From Patescibacteria group bacterium (GTDB lineage: Bacteria > Patescibacteriota > Minisyncoccia > Phycocordibacterales > UBA1006), in NCBI GenBank assembly GCA_020428645.1, contig JAGQMN010000001.1, forward strand, positions 532 through 64,531: a stretch of DNA of 64,000 nt, written 5' to 3'. How positions within the stretch are numbered: position 1 is the stretch's first letter; each line of letters opens with the position of its first letter. Under the pieces are notes generated by a model. The model searched no databases and was not told the DNA's origin. It saw only the letters and a program-made list of their open reading frames with translations. A program made the translations under genes and the position numbers. Positions 59,101 through 64,000 of the stretch are shown piece by piece.

Positions 59101-62100
59101 TGATATTATTTATCTTAGTAAGCACGAGGTTCTTATCCTTGAAAATGAGGGAACCTTACTTGTTCCAGTAAAAGATATACAAGAACGTAAAGAAGGTTTT
59201 GCGTGTTTTGTTGATGTTGAAGGTACACTCAATGTCGTGTCAGGTAATAATAGGGTGTATCAAAAACTCAAAAAGCTCTATGGTAGTGCACCAAAGTTAG
59301 AGTTTAATAAAAGTTTTATTGAGGGAATGCCAGCATGCAAAGGTTTTGCTGAAGGGCGAGTTACAATTGTTTCCAGTAAAGATGATTTCCATAAGTTTCA
59401 AAAAGGGAATATTCTAGTCTCCGAAGAAACAACACCTGCTTTCGTACCTTTAATGAGACAAGCGTCAGCAATTGTAACTGATCGTGGAGGTATCACCTCG
59501 CATGCTGCTATTGTTTCTAGGGAACTTGGTAAACCTTGCATTATTGCTACTAAAAACGCTACTCAAATTTTAAAAGATGGAGATTTGGTTGAGGTGGATG
59601 CTGATAACGGAATTGTGCGTATCATCGAAACATCCCAAAAAAAAACTCAAAATGAGGTAGAACAAGATATTGTTGATAAGGTTGCTAAACAAAAATATCA
59701 TTATATTCACAAACGTTATCGCACTCCATTCTATATGGAACTCATGTGGAAAGGCGCAAGTGTTTCTTGTAAAGATTCAAAAATCCCTTTTGATTATTTA
59801 GTTGAGGGTCTTTATCTTGATACAGAGATTGGGTTTGAAGATAGGGATTGGAATAATGCTAAAAAGATTACTTGGGAATTTACACATCAAAATCCTAAAT
59901 TGTTTTTAAAGATGATTGAAGATGCGTACTCAATCCAAACATCTATTCGTAAATCAATAAAAAAAATTACTCAAGATATTGACAAGGTTAATAAACAAGA
60001 TGTCGTTAGGTTTTGGCAAGAATATGCAAGACGTATGCACGCATTTGGACAGTATCTTCTTCCTCCGTTATTTATCGAATCGATTCTAGAGGAACGTATA
60101 CAAAAAGCAATTACACAAGTATTATCAAAACATGATTTCAATGAAGTGTTTCGGATTTTAACAACCCCTATGAAATTAGGAACTGCTGTTTTAGAAGAAC
60201 TGTCAATTCTTGATATTGCAATTGCAGAAAAGAATAAAAAACCCGTAGATGGTTTAATAGAAAAACATTTAGAAGATTTTGGTTGGACGAAAAATAATTC
60301 TCATGATGGGAAATTTAATACCATCAATGATATTGAAGACAGTGTTCAAAAAGTTTTGAGTGAAAGCGATCCATCAATTTTAAAACAACACATTGAAGAA
60401 GATATTGCTCACACCAAAGAGAAATTTGATTCATATTTCTCCATGTTTGACAAAGAGACGCAAAGTCTCATTGAAATATTACAAGAATCTATTTATTATC
60501 GTAGCTGGCGTACTGAACGTTACTATAAAAATGCATATTATTTAGATTCACTATTCCGTAAAACCGCAGAGATTTTAAACATGCAAATGTATTCTGATAT
60601 TTTCTTTTTAACGATTGATGAAATAATTTCACTACTCAAGGGCAAGAGTTTTGATTTCAAAGATCTTATACAAAATCGCAAATTAGGTTATGCAGTTTAT
60701 GCTACTGAAACAGGCACACACGTTTTTCAAGGCGAGGATGTATTGAAAATGAAAGAATCTGTAAAATTTTTTGATGAATCCCAACAGACAGATGTCATTA
60801 TCGGACAACAAGCATATCCAGGTGTCGTATCGGGCAGAGCCCGTGTTATTTTGGACAAGAAAAACTTGGATAGAGTTCAAGAAGGAGATATTCTTATTAC
60901 TCCAGCCACAACAGTTGATTATGTTCCTACATTAAAAAAAGTGAAAGCCATTGTAACCGATGAGGGTGGTGTACTTTGCCATGCGTCTGTTATTTCGCGG
61001 GAATTACGCATACCGTGTATCATTGGTACGAAAAATGGTTCCAAGATTATTCAAGATAATAGTGTAGTTGAAGTTGATGCCAATACAGGAACAGTACATA
61101 TTCTTGACAAAGAGCAAAAAGAAAATACGCACATAAATTTTGACCTCAACCAAGAACCGTTGGTGTGGGGTCCTGTTGGCATGAACTCTATACTATCGTT
61201 TACTACTTGGGTACCTGGCTTATACAATGGTTTTTCAAAACAATTTCCAGGATATTCGTGGCCGAAACTACTCGCACTGTTTAAGGAATATTTCTTTGCA
61301 TGGATTCACGAGTTGCAAGATATTGAAAAACATGGAGCTGATGTTTTTGTGGATCTCATGATGAATCCAAAGGTACGAGAACAAGCACGCAGTGAATGGG
61401 AACAATCAAAGGACCGTTTACGTGATGTTGAAGAGATACTTGAACAGCACAATCTTACTCAGCTTAGTGGTGACGAGTACTTGAACCTATGGCGCCAAAT
61501 GGAAACAGCCATTACAGATTTTTGGGTGTGGTCGAGTTTGCCTGAACTTGCTAACTATGGATCAATCAATGTTTTGAAAGAGCGCTTAAAAAACAACGTA
61601 CCTAAAGACAATATAATGTCGGTATTAGAAATACTCACCGCACCCGAAGATATTTCGTTTTTTCAACAAGAGGAAATTGACCTTGCACGGACTCATGATC
61701 TTGAGGCACATCAGCAGAACTACTTTTGGTTAAACAACAGCTACGCACACATTGAGGTTACACCTGTTTCATTTTTTGAAAAACGAAAAGCAGTGTTATC
61801 ACCAAGCATTGAAACTGAAATAGCCGAACGCATGGCGTCAGTCAAAGAAGCTAAACAGAATGTCCAAAAACAATATAATCTCTCGGACGAAATTATGGAG
61901 ATGGCGTACCGTATTACTGATGGAATTATTTGGCAGGATAAACGAAAGAAAGAGGTATGGGTATATCTCCACTACGAGGAGCAAATGTTCCATGAAGCGG
62001 CACGACGAACCAATACAGATGTACAAGACGTAAAGTTACTTCTTTTTGAAGAATTTGAGCCTTTTATTAAGGGTGAGATTAATATCGATGATATTAAAAA

Positions 62101-63988
62101 CCGGACTGATGGTTTCCTGGTATACATTGATGAACACCAAAACATGAAAACTTATGGTTCTAATATTGCGAACTACTACTGGAATCACTACTTTCCTTCG
62201 GAAAAAGATCTCAGTATTACCTCTTTGAAAGGTACTGTTGCGAGTAAAGCCGAATCCGGCAATGTACAAGGTAGTGTAAGAATTATTCTCGATGCGACAA
62301 AGTGCAAAGATTTTTGTCCTGGTGATGTTTTAGTGACTACGATGACAACACCCGAATTTGTATTTCTTATGAAACAAGCGTCAGCGATTGTGACTGACAC
62401 TGGAGGATTGACCTCACACGCTGCGATTGTTGCGCGTGAGCTTGGTAAACCATGTATTATCAATACGAAATCAGCGACCCGTGCGCTAGAAGATGGTGAC
62501 TTGATTGAAGTTAATACTGATGTAGGTGAGGTTACTATTATAGAACGATCGAATACCTCACATTCGCTCCCCATTAATCCACATGACTACAAATTTATTG
62601 GGCTTTGGAAGGAAGATTTGTTTCCAGCATACTTTTGGGCTCGGTGGTTTGATGTAAAGAAAAATAATAAACTTGGATTTACAGAAATCACTAATAGTGG
62701 AGCACTTATTTTGAAAGGTGGGAACTTTTTTTGGAGTCATCAAATGCGAGATCAAATGAAAGCACTCCTTGATCGAGTTGTTGAAACAAAAGATACCTCA
62801 CTGTTTAAGAATTTATACAAACAAGCTAATAAATGTTTTAGGGACACAATGAAAAAGGCCGACACATTGGCAAAAGAAGAACCAGATACTGAAAATTTTG
62901 AAACATTCATTCAATTAGGTCGTGACCTCATGTATTATTGGACCTTTGGCGCTTCAATGGCAGAGTTTGTTGATGAGTATATTATCGAGCATGCATCCAG
63001 AGAACATATTAAACCTTCTGATGTAGTTGGGTATGTAGACATACCAGAGACTGAACTTATGCGTCAGCAGTCGGCACTTCGTGAATTTCATCAGGAATTT
63101 AAAAAACGAGGTTGGCTTGATAGAATCGATGGTGATCGAGAATCACTTATTCATGATATTCAACAAGATAAGAAACTCTACAAAAAATTAGAGAAACATA
63201 TGTATGAGTATGGCTGGATTGAAATGTTGAACTATGTTGGTGACGTTATAACCTTTGATAGATTCCTTACCATTATTGGAGGTGTTGGAGAAGAGCAGAA
63301 ACCCCAAGAAAAGAAAAAAGTTTCAGATACATTTAATTTTATTCTTAATATCGCTTCCTACATTGGTTACGCACGTCAAGCTGGAGCGGAGTATTCTTCA
63401 GTGTTTTCCTATAAACTACATGACTACTTAAAAGCTACAGCAGAAAAAATAAATGTATCTTACTCAGAAATGTTAAACCTGACACCGGAAGAAATTATAC
63501 TTGCACTCTCAAATAACTTAGATCCACAGCCACTACTACAACGACGAGCAAATAGAAATTGGTTAGTGTGGTGGGACAAACATCAACATGCACAGGTTGT
63601 AGATGATTCAGATATTATCAATAAATTGTACGAGAAAATGGTTCCTATTATAGAGGATGATCAACGTCAACTTGTTGGTCAAACTGGTAATAAGGGTAAG
63701 GTTGTTGGAAAAGTGAGTGTAATTATGGCCACCGAGGATTTTGGAGCATTCAAAGAGGGTAACATTTTAGTCACTACTATGACGACACCAGATTTCGTAG
63801 TCTTAATGCAAAAAGCATCGGCAATCGTGACTGATATCGGAGGTTTACTGTCCCATGCATCAATTGTCTCACGCGAACTTGGTAAACCTTGTGTTATTGG
63901 TACAAAATTTGCTACTCAAATACTCAAAGATGGTGATATGGTTGAAGTTGATGCGGATAACGGAGTTGTTAAGATTCTAGAAAAATAA
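56159..63988 (+). CDS. Giant PEP-synthase/rifampin-phosphotransferase-like protein (2609 aa): one N-terminal PPDK_N-type ATP-binding domain plus five tandem phosphohistidine swivel modules
   Basis: N-terminus DIAGGKGASLGEMLNAGIPVPDGFVVT...AVRSSATAEDG is the PPDK_N/PEP-synthase nucleotide-binding domain (about aa 1-315). There are five copies of the mobile-domain motif GG(I/L/V)(T/L)(S/C)HA(A/S)(I/V)V(S/A)RE(L/M)...P, with His codons at 58055, 59501, 60980, 62417 and 63854, each preceded by a ~390-aa spacer domain. There are no internal stops and no PEP/pyruvate TIM-barrel motifs. Confidence 0.75.
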   Translation: MNYIKKFRELTKKDADIAGGKGASLGEMLNAGIPVPDGFVVTADTFDFFLAETDLVQEIGAILKKVDTQAIHTVDDASEQIQNLIRSAQMPESVASEILKDFDELDTAYVAVRSSATAEDGADHAWAGQLDSYLNTTKDMLLEKVQSCWASLFTPRAIFYRFEKGLHTTHISVAVVIQKMVNSEKSGIAFSVHPVTEDYNQMIIEAGLGLGEAIVSGSVTPDSYVVTKDPQEIIDSNVNTQTKALYRTATKGDHGFNEWRELSETEANQQVLDNTQIIELANIIERIENHYGFPCDIEWAYENNTFFIVQSRPITTLSNKTVDLKKNDSVAKLTFEREYTRDFSIILEDFWHHGLMSCYRDILQSEPLHETPLVTYIHDGVVETWQNRPFINDLKKKILERNIADPSFLNPIMADYRVLLDTFKQYRAQKKFAQSHKDIKELLAQFKEGIRLWIPWGHAAYVEETPKDIWDKTMALRDIDTFWDDADYVLRKSIINVYPELEGCENTILAEELLTGSDSFDNNQYTKRLSGYVHIPGRSHWFGDLASAEEKYRDLQFNYPTNEIVNNGFKGEIAYAGNQEVITGKVRIIKRKDQVRTLQDGEVLVSPMTTPDFEPAMKRAVITITDEGGITCHAAVVAREMKLPCITGTRIATSFLNDDDTVSVNTKTGVVTRIASKFPNGECFKNMSTPDAWNYTGKWIQNPLCSSFWAAYHQTDIVQKIYPDREFGIEFSVDGHWRENLVDITYMKSEIIRRYQDGSLDKFVQNFDSVGNEIQNVLLKEINEISINTLPLQEIFACYQDLFTYWGFLTFLGDLTMPVANEVNLVSSDGEFFEMTHPHLRLTWIEYEEEKTREIAQEVINLGAGVCNIELIKKNKTISKLVKEYFENFAWVGVNKWEGEGMNDEKLVERVNQAIENIKEGNFFESRSPNESIFKELNPLVQLGVSTAYWRATCASLAARFEYLIQERMSKLAKKHKITYNDIIYLSKHEVLILENEGTLLVPVKDIQERKEGFACFVDVEGTLNVVSGNNRVYQKLKKLYGSAPKLEFNKSFIEGMPACKGFAEGRVTIVSSKDDFHKFQKGNILVSEETTPAFVPLMRQASAIVTDRGGITSHAAIVSRELGKPCIIATKNATQILKDGDLVEVDADNGIVRIIETSQKKTQNEVEQDIVDKVAKQKYHYIHKRYRTPFYMELMWKGASVSCKDSKIPFDYLVEGLYLDTEIGFEDRDWNNAKKITWEFTHQNPKLFLKMIEDAYSIQTSIRKSIKKITQDIDKVNKQDVVRFWQEYARRMHAFGQYLLPPLFIESILEERIQKAITQVLSKHDFNEVFRILTTPMKLGTAVLEELSILDIAIAEKNKKPVDGLIEKHLEDFGWTKNNSHDGKFNTINDIEDSVQKVLSESDPSILKQHIEEDIAHTKEKFDSYFSMFDKETQSLIEILQESIYYRSWRTERYYKNAYYLDSLFRKTAEILNMQMYSDIFFLTIDEIISLLKGKSFDFKDLIQNRKLGYAVYATETGTHVFQGEDVLKMKESVKFFDESQQTDVIIGQQAYPGVVSGRARVILDKKNLDRVQEGDILITPATTVDYVPTLKKVKAIVTDEGGVLCHASVISRELRIPCIIGTKNGSKIIQDNSVVEVDANTGTVHILDKEQKENTHINFDLNQEPLVWGPVGMNSILSFTTWVPGLYNGFSKQFPGYSWPKLLALFKEYFFAWIHELQDIEKHGADVFVDLMMNPKVREQARSEWEQSKDRLRDVEEILEQHNLTQLSGDEYLNLWRQMETAITDFWVWSSLPELANYGSINVLKERLKNNVPKDNIMSVLEILTAPEDISFFQQEEIDLARTHDLEAHQQNYFWLNNSYAHIEVTPVSFFEKRKAVLSPSIETEIAERMASVKEAKQNVQKQYNLSDEIMEMAYRITDGIIWQDKRKKEVWVYLHYEEQMFHEAARRTNTDVQDVKLLLFEEFEPFIKGEINIDDIKNRTDGFLVYIDEHQNMKTYGSNIANYYWNHYFPSEKDLSITSLKGTVASKAESGNVQGSVRIILDATKCKDFCPGDVLVTTMTTPEFVFLMKQASAIVTDTGGLTSHAAIVARELGKPCIINTKSATRALEDGDLIEVNTDVGEVTIIERSNTSHSLPINPHDYKFIGLWKEDLFPAYFWARWFDVKKNNKLGFTEITNSGALILKGGNFFWSHQMRDQMKALLDRVVETKDTSLFKNLYKQANKCFRDTMKKADTLAKEEPDTENFETFIQLGRDLMYYWTFGASMAEFVDEYIIEHASREHIKPSDVVGYVDIPETELMRQQSALREFHQEFKKRGWLDRIDGDRESLIHDIQQDKKLYKKLEKHMYEYGWIEMLNYVGDVITFDRFLTIIGGVGEEQKPQEKKKVSDTFNFILNIASYIGYARQAGAEYSSVFSYKLHDYLKATAEKINVSYSEMLNLTPEEIILALSNNLDPQPLLQRRANRNWLVWWDKHQHAQVVDDSDIINKLYEKMVPIIEDDQRQLVGQTGNKGKVVGKVSVIMATEDFGAFKEGNILVTTMTTPDFVVLMQKASAIVTDIGGLLSHASIVSRELGKPCVIGTKFATQILKDGDMVEVDADNGVVKILEK

Positions 63989-64000
63989 CATGTTTTTAAA

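Overview
This 64-kb window reads as AT-rich, gene-dense bacterial chromosome with short intergenic gaps, frequent start/stop overlaps and clear hairpin-plus-T-run terminators. Several traits resemble a reduced-genome bacterium of the Candidate Phyla Radiation/Patescibacteria type: an L36 without cysteines, a short 346-aa DnaX, an ECF sigma/DUF5667 pair, PaaX-like regulators, a eukaryote-type phosphomannomutase and a soluble type IV coupling-protein-like ATPase. That placement is inference only. Positions 1-44,300 are mostly housekeeping genes: alaS (3' part), then a ribosomal/RNA polymerase block infA-rpmJ-rpsM-rpsK-rpsD-rpoA-rplQ-rplM-rpsI. Next comes a chaperone locus, grpE-(small ORF)-dnaK-ybaK-dnaJ, which sits divergent from a PaaX-like regulator. 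Further along are cysS, rplU, recR, dnaB, an EamA transporter, a PurN-like formyltransferase, an ECF sigma factor with a DUF5667 partner, ychF, tsaC, RNase J, topA, dprA, serS, an FtsQ-like protein, dus and dnaX. A type IV coupling-protein-like ATPase overlaps a lamin-tail-domain (LTD) membrane protein at 23.8-27.2 kb and looks like a DNA-handling module. A tRNA-Gln(UUG) at 44,489-44,559 is flanked by 20-21-nt partial copies of its own 5' and 3' ends. Everything downstream of it looks accessory: ridA, an alpha/beta hydrolase, a lipoprotein, a peptidoglycan-binding Ig-repeat surface protein and small membrane proteins. This is followed by a mannose/mannoside cluster (cytidylyltransferase-family enzyme, eukaryote-type PMM-like HAD hydrolase, PMI-like cupin, three GH130 beta-mannoside-phosphorylase domains in two genes), a deoxyribosyltransferase-like protein and an M24 peptidase. 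Last is the most unusual feature, a single 2609-aa ORF at 56,159-63,988. It has one PEP-synthase/PPDK-type N-terminal ATP-binding domain followed by five tandem phosphohistidine swivel modules and no recognisable PEP/pyruvate TIM barrel. I found no rRNA, CRISPR array, transposase or integrase.
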